Counted from the first letter of the stretch, positions 1-9,850 are shown. The stretch: 64,000 bases of DNA from Spirochaetia bacterium (GCA_965203905.1 CBDBDQ010000005.1:3840001-3904000); one strand, 5' to 3'. Notes: generated by a model not told the origin, from the sequence alone. Program-made: numbers and translations.

Positions 1-2
1 GC

Positions 3-134
3 CACGTAGCGGCCATTCCAGCGGGGCGTCCCGCCGAGCCCGAGGAGATAGCCGAAGCGATCGTGTGGCTGCTGTCGCCGCAGGCGCGCTTTGTGGCGGC
101 CGCCAACATCCGCGTCGCCGGCGGCCGCCCGTAG
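3..134 (+). CDS. SDR family oxidoreductase, C-terminal end (partial, runs off window)
   Basis: Manual translation IPAGRPAEPEEIAEAIVWLLSPQARFVAAANIRVAGGRP* matches the usual SDR C-terminus. Confidence 0.8.
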   Translation, partial: HVAAIPAGRPAEPEEIAEAIVWLLSPQARFVAAANIRVAGGRP

Positions 135-198
135 CCACGGCGTGCTCGGCCGACCGTGAGGTGCTGAGCGACCATTGATGCCATAGACGTGGATCATT

Positions 199-240
199 CG
201 GAGAAGAAACTTGCATATTCTCCGGATTTTCCGCGACAAT
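199..240 (+). promoter_or_regulatory. Putative sigma70 promoter with overlapping palindromic operator
   Basis: TTGCAT (211-216), 18 nt spacer, GACAAT (235-240); inverted repeat CGGAGAA (199-205) / TTCTCCG (218-224) brackets the -35. Confidence 0.45.
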
Positions 241-246
241 GGCTCT

Positions 247-1623
247 ATGAAGGACCGAAACTACGCGTCGGGTGTGAGTGCGCTACTCTCGTTTACCGCC
301 CGGAATGTCCGTTCCTATCGCGAAGTGGTGCATCTGTCGCTGCTCGCGACCAGATTGTCCGATACGGACGTTGTACGTGATGTGGACACCGCTGGAGCGT
401 CCTCACCGGTGAGCGTGCTTCCCGTGGCGGGGATCTTCGGAGCGAACGCTTCGGGCAAGTCGACAGCGTTGCGCGCCATGGCGGACATGCGCGCGATCGT
501 AATCGGCTCGTTTCGTCACGGAGACCATGAAACGAGGATACGGCGATATCCATTTCTGCTCCAGGACGAGAGCGCACGTCCGTCCCTCTTCGAGGTCGAC
601 CTGATTCTCTCCGGCGTCCGCTGGCAGTATGGCTTCGAGATCGATGACCACCACGTTCTCGGCGAATATGCCTATTACTATCCGAAGGGTCGTCAAGCGC
701 TGGTCTTTCGCCGCGAGCGTGATCGTCAAGAGCCGCATTTCGGTCAGTTGTTCCGCTCTTCAGGTCCCGAGCTTGCACGTCTGGTCCGAAGGAACGCGCT
801 CCTCCTCTCGGTCGCCGGCGCGGCGGCAGACGACACACCGGGGAGTCGTCCCAGGATCGGCTCGTTGCTCGGGCCGCTGTTCGCCTGGTTCCGAACCAGT
901 CTCCTCTTGATGGACTCCGGCAATGGTACGCAACGCATCGCCCGGACCGCCGATCTCACGCGGTATGCCGCGACACGCGAACGAGTCCTCGCCCTTATCC
1001 GCGCCGCCGACCTCGGCATCACCGATGTAGAGCGATTCCACCGCGACTTCAAGCCGGAGCTTGCCGAGCGGGTGCAGCGGGTGCTCCGGATCATGAACGG
1101 ACTTGAAGAGAGTGGCCCCGAGGGGCAAGACGACCGATTGGTCGTAAGTGACCTCGTACGCCTGCACCACATGGGGCTTGCAGGGTCCGCAGCGATCGAT
1201 CCGGAGCATGAATCCGAGGGAACGCTGACCTGGGTCAGCTTGATCGGGCCGGTGCTGGACGCTCTGCGTCGCGGAGTGGCCGTCCTCGTGGATGACCTCG
1301 ACGCCAGTCTGCACCCCCACCTCGTGCAACGGTTCATTCACCTGTTTCAGGATCGCGACACCAATCCGCAGTGTGCTCAACTCATCTTCAATGCCCATGA
1401 TGTCACGATCCTGGGCGACAGCAGTCAGCGCACCCTCGGCCGAGATCAGATCTGGCTGACAGAGAAGGCAGCAGACGGCACAACCACGCTGTACGCTTTG
1501 GCAGACTTCCGCCCCAAGGGCGATGAAGCCGTCGGCCGTCGCTATCTCCAGGGTCGTTACGGAGGAGTTCCGATACTGGATCCAGCGGAATTTCGACAGG
1601 CGATCGGCTCAGGGGATTCGTGA
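247..1623 (+). CDS. ABC-type ATPase, RloA/AbiLi-like (AAA_21)
   Basis: Walker A GANASGKS, ESEGT signature, Walker B VLVDDLDASLHP, LIFNAHD, C-terminal YLQGRYGGVP; start uncertain (ATG 247 or GTG 274). Confidence 0.88.
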   Translation: MKDRNYASGVSALLSFTARNVRSYREVVHLSLLATRLSDTDVVRDVDTAGASSPVSVLPVAGIFGANASGKSTALRAMADMRAIVIGSFRHGDHETRIRRYPFLLQDESARPSLFEVDLILSGVRWQYGFEIDDHHVLGEYAYYYPKGRQALVFRRERDRQEPHFGQLFRSSGPELARLVRRNALLLSVAGAAADDTPGSRPRIGSLLGPLFAWFRTSLLLMDSGNGTQRIARTADLTRYAATRERVLALIRAADLGITDVERFHRDFKPELAERVQRVLRIMNGLEESGPEGQDDRLVVSDLVRLHHMGLAGSAAIDPEHESEGTLTWVSLIGPVLDALRRGVAVLVDDLDASLHPHLVQRFIHLFQDRDTNPQCAQLIFNAHDVTILGDSSQRTLGRDQIWLTEKAADGTTTLYALADFRPKGDEAVGRRYLQGRYGGVPILDPAEFRQAIGSGDS

Positions 1624-2252
1624 CCCCACCTTCCGGTCGACGGCCGCGGCGCGGCTATACTCCACGGAGGGCACGGCGTGTCATACGTGTTCTCACGGAG
1701 GGTAAGGTCACGGAGCCCACCTACCTGTTCGCGTGGGCGCGTCGCTTCCGGCACAGCGTCAGCCTCAGCTTGCGCGAAAGCGAAAGCGGGATGGCACCCG
1801 AGACACTTGTCGATCGTGCCATACAACACATGCGCCGAAGGCGCCGATCCAGGCGTGGCGATCAGGACTTCGACGAGATCTGGTGCGTGTTTGACATCGA
1901 CCAACACCCGAACATACCGACTGCCATACACAACGCCCGGCAAAGTGGCGTCGAAGTTGCGGTGTCCAATCCGTGCATCGAGCTATGGCTTGTGTTGCAC
2001 GTCGAAGATCAGACGGCGTACATCAGTCGGCGCAACGTGCAACGTCGGGCCAGCGAACTCCAACTTACGTCCGGGAAGGGGATTCCCGACAGCGCGTGGA
2101 ATACGCTGTTCGATGAGTTCGAAACCGCGCGACAGCGTGCCAAGACGCTGGATCAGCGACACGCGGGCAACGGGTCGCCGCCCCGGTCGAATCCAAGCAC
2201 TGGCATCTGGCGGCTTGTCGACCGGATGATCCGATACGCACGCGATCAGTGA
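1620..2252 (+). CDS. rloB: RloB/AbiLii-family TOPRIM-like protein
   Basis: TEGKVTEPTY, WCVFDID, SNPCIELWLVLH and NPST motifs; GTGA overlap with the ATPase gene. Confidence 0.88.
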   Translation: MTPPSGRRPRRGYTPRRARRVIRVLTEGKVTEPTYLFAWARRFRHSVSLSLRESESGMAPETLVDRAIQHMRRRRRSRRGDQDFDEIWCVFDIDQHPNIPTAIHNARQSGVEVAVSNPCIELWLVLHVEDQTAYISRRNVQRRASELQLTSGKGIPDSAWNTLFDEFETARQRAKTLDQRHAGNGSPPRSNPSTGIWRLVDRMIRYARDQ

Positions 2253-2263
2253 CGAGCAGTACC

Positions 2264-3061
2264 TCAGCCCATCGCGATGCCGCCGTCGACGTGGATCGAC
2301 TGGCCGGTGATGTTGCACGCCTCCTCGGAGGCCAGGAACGCCACCAGGTTGCCCACGTCCTCGGGGGTCTGCGGCCGGCCCAGCACGGCACCGCCCGCGA
2401 ACTCGTCGAACACCTGGCGCGGATCCTGGCCGGCGCGGGCGGGATCATGCTGCGCCATCATCGGCGCCAGCCGTTCCCAGAACGGCGTCCAGACCAGCCC
2501 CGGGCAGACCGCGTTGACGTTGACGTTGTAGGGTCCCAACTCCTTGGCCAGGATGCGGGTGAGGTTGAGCAGCGCGTTCTTGGCCGCGGCGTAGGGCGGC
2601 ACGAACACGGGGTCGCGCTTGGCGGAGATGGAGGAGATGTTGACGACCTTGCCGGAGCGGCGCTCCATCATGTGAGAAGCCAGGGCCTTGCACATGAAGA
2701 ACGGACCTTTGACGTGGACGTCGAAGTTCTCGTCCCAGTCCTCACCGGTGAGGTTCGTGAAGGGCAGGGCGAGGTGGGCGCCAAAGTGGCCGGCGTTGTT
2801 GACCACGATGTCCACCTGACCGAAGCGCTCCAGCGCCTGCCGCACCACCTCCACGCAGTCGGCCTCGCTGGTCACGTCCCCCACCACGGCCAGCCCGCGC
2901 CGACCCGCCTGCTCCGCGGCCGCGACCGTCTCCTGGGCCCGACGCAGGTCGAGGTCGGACACCACCACGTCCGCCCCCTCCCGCGTCAGACAGGCGCAGA
3001 TGCCGCGTCCCATGCCGCCGCCACCGCCGGTGACGATGGCCACTTTTTCCTGCAATCGCAT
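2264..3061 (-). CDS. SDR family NAD(P)-dependent oxidoreductase
   Basis: TGGGGGMG, NNAG, YAAAK, VDGG motifs. Confidence 0.93.
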   Translation of the reverse strand: MRLQEKVAIVTGGGGGMGRGICACLTREGADVVVSDLDLRRAQETVAAAEQAGRRGLAVVGDVTSEADCVEVVRQALERFGQVDIVVNNAGHFGAHLALPFTNLTGEDWDENFDVHVKGPFFMCKALASHMMERRSGKVVNISSISAKRDPVFVPPYAAAKNALLNLTRILAKELGPYNVNVNAVCPGLVWTPFWERLAPMMAQHDPARAGQDPRQVFDEFAGGAVLGRPQTPEDVGNLVAFLASEEACNITGQSIHVDGGIAMG

Positions 3062-3347
3062 GCCCCCCCTTGTGCAATGGGCGGCCCCGCCATGTCCAGC
3101 CCCATTTGACGCCACGCGCGTCAGCGCCGCGCCAGTGCCCCAAAACAGCGCTACTGTAGTACCTTCAGCGCTTCGCTGGCTCATCACAGTTCAGATACGA
3201 CTCTTCGAGCGGCGAAGGTCCGTACATACCAGGAACAGGAACAAGCGTGAGGCCCGTTGTGCACGATGATCCATGGTTGAAAATGATCCTCGCCGACGCG
3301 CATGATTGCCTAACGTGGTACGAGCGGATAGAATCTGTCTGACCGAC

Positions 3348-4418
3348 ATGAGTGTTTTTCTTAATGAGTGTGGACTTACGGCTGACGAGATAGTTGAATT
3401 GCAAAGTATTGCGATGAAGTCAATAGATACTAGCAGAGCAGTTCTGTCACGTCGAAATCTTGAATGTGTGTCTCCAGAAACGACTGACAGAATTCGAAAC
3501 GCTCTGGTCAAAGATTGGATGACAATATTCTCCGAAACTGGTCGATACAGACTCGTGGGTAGTGTCCGTGACGATCCCGGAATGATCCAATCTCTCCATG
3601 GGTTTCTGACGAACATTCTTGTTGACCCTTTGATGCACCGTAGTGTCGTAAGTTGGTGTTTCTATCATGCTCTGCGGGAGAGTTCCGAAAGTTTTCAACT
3701 TGATCACTGTACAAGTCCGACCGGAGAGAGCCACCTTACCGGGCTGCTGCTAGGAGAAATCAAGAATAAGTGCTGTCTATGGGGTGAGATAGCGGCGACA
3801 CCTCTTGATCGTGCACAAACCAATCTGTCACTCAAGAGAATCGATTTGTCGATACTAGGAGGTGAACAGAAGACCGGAGGTGATTTTGCACTGGTTTTGG
3901 ACTTCCATCAGAAAGGATTGAATGTGCAATCGGAGTTGTCAGATTTCCGCATTGTTCCATTGGTATTTCAGGCAAAGCGCTATTTGCGACCCAGCGCCGA
4001 CTTATCCCAGAAACATCGTACCCGTGGCTACCAGTCTACACTGCTATGCCGGAATCCATGCAGGTCAGCATACATCTTCTACGAAAACGGGACACACAGG
4101 ATTGAGATCCCTATGCAGCCGCTGCTCAAGTCGGTGACCGATGTGTCGGTTCCGCCTTACCGGACGAACGTACTTGAGGGAGGCATTGATTTACCAAGTT
4201 ATCTTCTGAAGGCACTGTGCAGCCCTTCTTTCGCTGTAGAAGCTGAGTCCGAAGAAGAGGCGTTACGCATGATTCTCGGAAGCGGACATTCTGCACAACT
4301 TTCGACATTGGCAGTGATTTCGAGTACATCCGACGCGGAGGAGAGATACTCATCAGCGTTGGTCAAGGCTTTTCACGAAGACCAAAACAGGAGAGATAAA
4401 CGCGCTAAAGAGAGTTGA
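3348..4418 (+). CDS. Hypothetical protein with predicted PD-(D/E)XK restriction-endonuclease-like fold
   Basis: ESHLTGLL...EQKTGGDFALVL...VFQAKR pattern; AT-richer than flanks; start may be 3306 or 3348. Confidence 0.6.
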   Translation: MSVFLNECGLTADEIVELQSIAMKSIDTSRAVLSRRNLECVSPETTDRIRNALVKDWMTIFSETGRYRLVGSVRDDPGMIQSLHGFLTNILVDPLMHRSVVSWCFYHALRESSESFQLDHCTSPTGESHLTGLLLGEIKNKCCLWGEIAATPLDRAQTNLSLKRIDLSILGGEQKTGGDFALVLDFHQKGLNVQSELSDFRIVPLVFQAKRYLRPSADLSQKHRTRGYQSTLLCRNPCRSAYIFYENGTHRIEIPMQPLLKSVTDVSVPPYRTNVLEGGIDLPSYLLKALCSPSFAVEAESEEEALRMILGSGHSAQLSTLAVISSTSDAEERYSSALVKAFHEDQNRRDKRAKES

Positions 4419-4649
4419 GCAATCGTTCGCGATTAGACCTCAGTTGTTGCGCAAAAGACTGTCGACCGCGAGTCACGCGAGAGCGTCCCAGATGCTCTTT
4501 CTTATCTTGGTTGTTCTTTGCGCAGTCGCTTGCGCTGTTCCAGTCCTCTCCACTGAGCAGGTATCATGCTTTGATGGATGCACTTAAGAGCGAGTTCATC
4601 GAGCTTATCAATGGAGGCTCGGGGACCGTGACAGTTATGCCAACGGCGA

Positions 4650-5375
4650 CGACCACGGCGTTCAGCCACTGGACGAACACCTTGAGCTTGCGCACGTAGT
4701 AATCGATGCCGCCGTCGCTCAGATTACGCTCACTCTTCAGATGTTCCAGATAACGCCGCAGCCGCTCGCTCCAAAGCCCGCCGTCGGTACCCAGATAGTC
4801 GGCGTCGAACACCCGTTGATGAGGCTCCCGCACCGCACGGCCAGACGGTTGGAAGGACAGCCAACCCTGCTGTCCGCAATACTCGAAGAACGTCGCGCTG
4901 CAGGTCGCCGCCCGCGCGATCCTTCGTGCCCGCAGCTATCCCAACGCCTGACGATACGTATTCGCCGCCATCCTGCTCAGCGGCAACTCCAGTCCGAGGC
5001 CACGGCACAAGTCATCGACAGCCCGCCGGAGGTGTGCTTCATCGGCGCGTTCAGCGAGCTGTTCACGGCGGTATTCATCTACCACCGTCGCCAGGGCGAC
5101 GTGCTTTACATTCGCGTCTGCCGTCCGCCACCACTGCAAGAATTCCGCTGCCGCGACCCGTCGCTCAGTCGTTCGGGCGACACCGACGACCCCACGACCG
5201 TACAGCCGGATCTCCGTCATCTTCAGCAGCCGCGACGGCCGCCCCGGCTGATGCAGCGCCACCGCGTACGACAGCCAGCGCCGCAATAGGATCTGCTTGC
5301 GCCCCATGTTAGCGGCCGAGTAATGCTGCTGCCGCAGGTCGCCGTGTAGCTGTCGATCGCCGCGCCCAGCGTCAT
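4650..5375 (-). pseudogene. Tyrosine recombinase/integrase N-terminal (SAM-like) remnant
   Basis: MTLGAAIDSYTA, frameshift, LRQQHYSAAN..., in-frame TAG at 4936-4938, then RYLEHLKSERNLSDGGIDYYVRKLKVFVQWL; no catalytic domain. Confidence 0.65.
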
Positions 5376-5398
5376 TCCTTCACTTCCGCCACCAAGGG

Positions 5399-5803
5399 AC
5401 TGCCTACGGCTACGACCAGGGCTCGGGTCGGCTGACCGAGCTGCAGACCGTGTCGACGCTTCGCGAGGGGTTCTCGGGTGCCAACCACTGCGCCGACATA
5501 CACGTCTCGCCATCAGGTGGCTTCGTTTACGGTTCCAACCGAGGCCACGACAGCATCGTCACATTCGCGATCAACCCGGGCGACGGCACGCTCACCTACG
5601 TCGGCAACGAGCCGAGCCGTGGCAAGACGGCGCAGAACTTCGTCATCGATCCATCGGGCGAGCTGTTGCTGGTCGCGAGTCTGGATTCGGACACCGTCGT
5701 ACCGTTCAAGGTGGATCAACGAACTGGGGAGCTGGACGCGACCGGCCACGTAGCCGACGTGCCCGAGCCCGCCTGCCTGAAGTTGATGCCGGCTGGTGGA
5801 TAG
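5399..5803 (+). pseudogene. Duplicated 3' fragment of the lactonase (pgl-like) gene
   Basis: Same protein as C-terminus of 17646-18734 except ANLD to ASLD; no 5' half. Confidence 0.92.
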
Positions 5804-5863
5804 CTGCGCCACGAGCTGACTCGGCTGCGGGCTCCGAGGGGGGCCGGCTCCTCCCTCGGCGCC
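5399..5863. repeat. Copy A of 465 bp inverted duplication (partner 17587-18050)
   Basis: Reverse complement of 17587-18050 apart from substitutions at 5679 and 5737 and one extra base at 5837. Confidence 0.97.
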
Positions 5864-5889
5864 AGACACATGGACCGGCATCATTCCTC

Positions 5890-6450
5890 CTACTCCGACC
5901 CCTTCGCGTTCGCGCGTGGCTTGGATACTGGTCTGCCGTAGAGGGTGACGATCTGCCAGGGTTGGATGGCGAACGAGACCTGCCGCTCGGCGACGGTGAT
6001 TGGCGTGCCGGGATCCAGACGGTCGCCGTAGAAGTCGCTCTCCTCGGCGACCCCGACTTCGAAAGGCAACGTCAGCTCCACCTGACTGCGCTCGCCATGG
6101 CTCTCGTACATCCGCAATACGACCGCTTGCCCGTGGCGGTACATCGCCGTCATGACGACGCTTTGGGGGCGGATCTGCACGAAGCTTGCTGCTGGCGCCA
6201 CAATTCTCGCCGGTGCAGTTGAGCGTGACGAGCTGATCGTTCCCGTGCCGTGGGTTCGAGCACCTCGAGAGGTCCCCGGTGCCGGCGGCGCTGGCCTCGT
6301 CTCGCCAGTGGTCCATCGCAGCGGCTCCTGAAACTCCGAGGCCCGTCGGTGGACCTGCGCTCGCCGCCAGTCGCCGCGGTGGGGATAGAGCGAATAGCGC
6401 ACGCGCTGCAGCCCTTTCAGCCCTTTGCACTCCTGATACCGGCTGATGTA
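5890..6450 (-). pseudogene. GH38 alpha-mannosidase-like C-terminal fragment, 5' truncated
   Basis: RYSLYPHRGDW, VVLRMYESHG, FAIQPWQIVTL are typical GH38 C-terminal beta-domain motifs; catalytic domain absent. Confidence 0.7.
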
Positions 6451-6691
6451 TAGTGCGTACCTTGGACAGCTCGCGATTCGTAGGATAGAATCGCGGGCTG
6501 TTGCCTCGAATCGAGCGCCGGTAGCTGAGCCATCGTAGCTGTCACTCCCACGGCGCCACGACATGGCCCGCTGACAACGCAGTATCACGGCCGCAGATGC
6601 TCCTCCATAGCGTACTTCGCCGGCCATGCACCCCGAGCGGTGCGGAGGAACGCGCTGTCGTGACTGACCAAGAAAGTCAAAGGAGCGCACC

Positions 6692-8722
6692 ATGAAACGG
6701 AGTTTGATGTTGCTCGCGTCGCTCAGCTTACTCGCACTGCTGAGCACCGGGATCGTGTTTGCGTCAGGCGGTGAGGGAGAGGCCGCGGAGCCCGCGGTAA
6801 GCCCGCGCGGTGCGGACAGGATTCCGCCAAGTCCGGGCATGCCTGAGGAGGCGAAGAGCTTTCAGGTCTGGGTTTCACCCGCCGCCTACGAAGCGGATAC
6901 GGGAAACGAGATTCCTGCGTACAGCGAAGCGCCCGAGTTCGCCGAAATGGTACGAGCAGGCGACCTCGCCCCCGTGGCGGAGAGATTGCCCGCAGAGCCT
7001 CAGGTCGTGAGAGGGTTCGACGGAGGAATCGGCAGCTACGGCGGCTCGATATACCGCGGCAGCTCCTGGGCCTTCTGGATGTGGAACCTGGCCGGTTTCG
7101 AGATCCTCCCGATCAGCGGGCTCCCCTATGGCGATACTTACGGCGAGTACCCCAACACCATCAGGCGCTTCGAGAGAAACGCGGATGGGACCGAGTGGAC
7201 TTTCCACCTGCGCGAAGGGATGAGGTGGTCGGATGGTGTGCTGCATACCGCGGACGACTACCTGTTCACGATGAACGACTTCTTCCTGAACAAGGAGCTC
7301 AACCCCAACCCACCCGAAGACCTCCAGCACGACGGCAGCGTCGGACGCATCGAGAAGATCGACGACCTCACCGTGAGATTCCACTTCGTCAAGCCGTGGG
7401 ACCTCACCAGAATGAGCCCGTGGAGCGCGTGGAACTGGAATCAACCAAGGCCCGCTCACTTCTACCAGCAGTGGCACGCGGATTACGCGGACCCCGAGGC
7501 ACTCGAGGACGTGGTCCGTGAGCGGGGCGTGGAGGACTGGAAGCAGCTCTTCAACCCGCGGGCCGCAGCAACGGACGAGCTCCACGGCCGGCCAACGCTG
7601 AATCCATGGACTATGGTCCAGGGCCCGCCGAAGACCCCCACCCTCTACGAACGAAACCCCTACTTCTGGCAGATCGACGAGATGGGCCAACAGCTGCCGT
7701 ACCTGGAATTGATCAGGTACGAAACCCTGAGTGAGGAGGTGGTTCAGCTGAAGGCAATCGCCGGTGAGATCACCTGGAGTGGGATCCCCCTGCGGCTGTT
7801 CCCGGAAGCGAAGAGCCAGGAAGATGCGGGCAAGATTCGGGTGATCCTGGGAGATCCCGGCGAAGGGCTCAGCCAGAACCAGATCGAGTTCAACCTCACG
7901 GTGAACGATCCGATCAAACGCCAGGTTTTTCAGGACAAGCGTTTTCGGTTCGCCGTTTCGTATGCGCTCGACCGAGAGCTGATCAACGAAACGCTGCACA
8001 TGGGGTTGGCCGAGCCCAAGCAGGTGGCGCCGCTGAAGACCAGCCCGTTCTATCATCAAGCACTGGAGACGACTGCCATCGAGCTCGACAGGGACCGGGC
8101 AAATGCGCTGCTCGACGAGATCGGCATGGAGCGGAGAGACTCGGACGGTTTCCGACTCGGTCCGGACGGCAAACCGTTTCAGGTCAACTTCATCGCGGCA
8201 GAATTCGATGTTCCGTTCGGTGAGCTGGCGATGGACTCCATGGAGAAGGTGGGCTTGAAGACCTCTTTGCGGGTCGTCGAAGTACCTGCCATGTTCGAGA
8301 TCCGCCCGGCCAACGAGTACGATGCTGCGTTCATCTGGAACTGGGCCAACCAGGACTCGATGGTGATCTCGGGCCCGGGGCACTTCGCGGCGGGAACCCT
8401 CATCAATCTGTCGGGCTTCTGGTCAGGTCAGTGGCACTACTGGTACCTGAGCGACGGGGTCGAGGGAGAAGAGCCGCCGGACATCCTCAAAGAGGCGATG
8501 GGCTACTTCGAGAAGGCCCAGGCCACGCTGGACGTCGATGAGCAGAAGCTCTGGTTCACCAAGGTGCTGGACATCGCGGCCGACAACCTGTGGGTGATTG
8601 GCTCGACCTCGGTTCCGCCACGCGTGACGGTCATCGATACGCGGCTGGTGAACATGCCCATCGCCCCCAGCGGCGAGCAGGGCATCAGCCAGAAGACCGC
8701 TATCTGGTACGTCGAAGAGTAG
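6692..8722 (+). CDS. ABC transporter family 5 substrate-binding protein
   Basis: AAGGAG RBS, signal peptide, LAPVAERLP, LREGMRWSDG, ERNPYFW..GQQLPY. Confidence 0.93.
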   Translation: MKRSLMLLASLSLLALLSTGIVFASGGEGEAAEPAVSPRGADRIPPSPGMPEEAKSFQVWVSPAAYEADTGNEIPAYSEAPEFAEMVRAGDLAPVAERLPAEPQVVRGFDGGIGSYGGSIYRGSSWAFWMWNLAGFEILPISGLPYGDTYGEYPNTIRRFERNADGTEWTFHLREGMRWSDGVLHTADDYLFTMNDFFLNKELNPNPPEDLQHDGSVGRIEKIDDLTVRFHFVKPWDLTRMSPWSAWNWNQPRPAHFYQQWHADYADPEALEDVVRERGVEDWKQLFNPRAAATDELHGRPTLNPWTMVQGPPKTPTLYERNPYFWQIDEMGQQLPYLELIRYETLSEEVVQLKAIAGEITWSGIPLRLFPEAKSQEDAGKIRVILGDPGEGLSQNQIEFNLTVNDPIKRQVFQDKRFRFAVSYALDRELINETLHMGLAEPKQVAPLKTSPFYHQALETTAIELDRDRANALLDEIGMERRDSDGFRLGPDGKPFQVNFIAAEFDVPFGELAMDSMEKVGLKTSLRVVEVPAMFEIRPANEYDAAFIWNWANQDSMVISGPGHFAAGTLINLSGFWSGQWHYWYLSDGVEGEEPPDILKEAMGYFEKAQATLDVDEQKLWFTKVLDIAADNLWVIGSTSVPPRVTVIDTRLVNMPIAPSGEQGISQKTAIWYVEE

Positions 8723-8741
8723 TATCGGGAGTCACGGTCAT

Positions 8742-8772
8742 GTCGGGGCGGGGGCATCCCGTCCCGACGTTT
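8742..8772 (+). terminator. Stem-loop after SBP gene (attenuator or mRNA stabiliser)
   Basis: GTCGGGGCGGG-GGCAT-CCCGTCCCGAC followed by GTTT. Confidence 0.5.
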
Positions 8773-8822
8773 GCTAAGCAACGGGAATAGCGCTTGCTGC
8801 TCGCGACGAAGCGGAGGTCTGC

Positions 8823-9809
8823 ATGCTCTCCTACATAGCCAGACGCATCGTGATCATGATCCCGACGCTGTTCCTCATCTCCATCGTTTGCTTCTTTGTG
8901 ATCGAGCTGCCACCGGGGGATATCGTCAGCAACAGAGTGCAGGAGCTGCTGCTGCGTGGCGGCGGCGACAGCGCGGCGCAGCTGGAGAACCTCCGCGAAC
9001 GCTACGGACTGAACGATCCCCAGATCGTCCGCTACTTCAGGTGGATCGGCAGGTTCCTCATCGGCAACATGGGGTACTCGCTGCACTTCAATACCCAGGT
9101 GGCGGATCTGATCCTGGAGCGGTTCGCCATGACGACGTTGGTGGCGGGCCTGTCGCTGGTGTTCACCTGGGTGGTGGCGTTTCCCATCGCCATCTATTCG
9201 GCTACCAATCAGTACTCCATTGGCGACTTCTTCTGGACCACCGTCGGCTTCATCGGTCTTGCCATCCCCAACTTCATGTTCGCGCTCATCTTGATGGTGG
9301 TCTTCTTTCGATTCTTTCCCGATCTGGGGATTGGCGGTCTGTACGCGCCGCGGTTCGTCGGTCAGCCCTTTAGTGTGGCCAAGCTGCTCAGCCTGATGGC
9401 GCATCTGGTGATCCCCGTGGTGGTCGTAGGCACGGCCGCTACGTGCGGGCTCATACGCACGGTCCGTGCCAATCTGCTCGACGAGCTGTCGAAGGCCTAC
9501 GTGATCACTGCACGAGCCAAGGGAGTAGCCGAGGGAAGGCTGCTGATAAAGTACCCGGTGCGCATCGCCCTCAATCCCTTCTTCTCCACCGTTGGGTGGG
9601 TGTTGCCCTCACTCATCTCGGGGGCGGTCATCACAGCAGTGGTGCTCGGGCTGCCCACTTCCGGACCGGTCTTCCTGCAGGCGTTGCGAGCTCAGGACAT
9701 GCAGGTAGCCGGCGCCTTCGTCATGCTGACCGCTACCCTCACCGTGATCGGCACCCTGCTCTCCGACATTCTGTTGGTGATCGTCGATCCGAGAATTCGA
9801 TACGAATGA
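8823..9809 (+). CDS. ABC transporter permease (OppB/DppB-like)
   Basis: LPPGD, YVITARAKGV, DPRIRY. Confidence 0.93.
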   Translation: MLSYIARRIVIMIPTLFLISIVCFFVIELPPGDIVSNRVQELLLRGGGDSAAQLENLRERYGLNDPQIVRYFRWIGRFLIGNMGYSLHFNTQVADLILERFAMTTLVAGLSLVFTWVVAFPIAIYSATNQYSIGDFFWTTVGFIGLAIPNFMFALILMVVFFRFFPDLGIGGLYAPRFVGQPFSVAKLLSLMAHLVIPVVVVGTAATCGLIRTVRANLLDELSKAYVITARAKGVAEGRLLIKYPVRIALNPFFSTVGWVLPSLISGAVITAVVLGLPTSGPVFLQALRAQDMQVAGAFVMLTATLTVIGTLLSDILLVIVDPRIRYE

Positions 9810-9850
9810 CTGCCGCTTGGCGATTCTTCGTCGCTTCGGAGCGCTGACCA

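Noticed and set aside
2249-3109. 286-aa ORF directly after rloB, a possible third defence gene
   Set aside because: Exact antisense of a motif-complete SDR
4574-4660. MDALKSEFIELINGG possible gene start after the nuclease
   Set aside because: Too short to assign; runs into the integrase remnant
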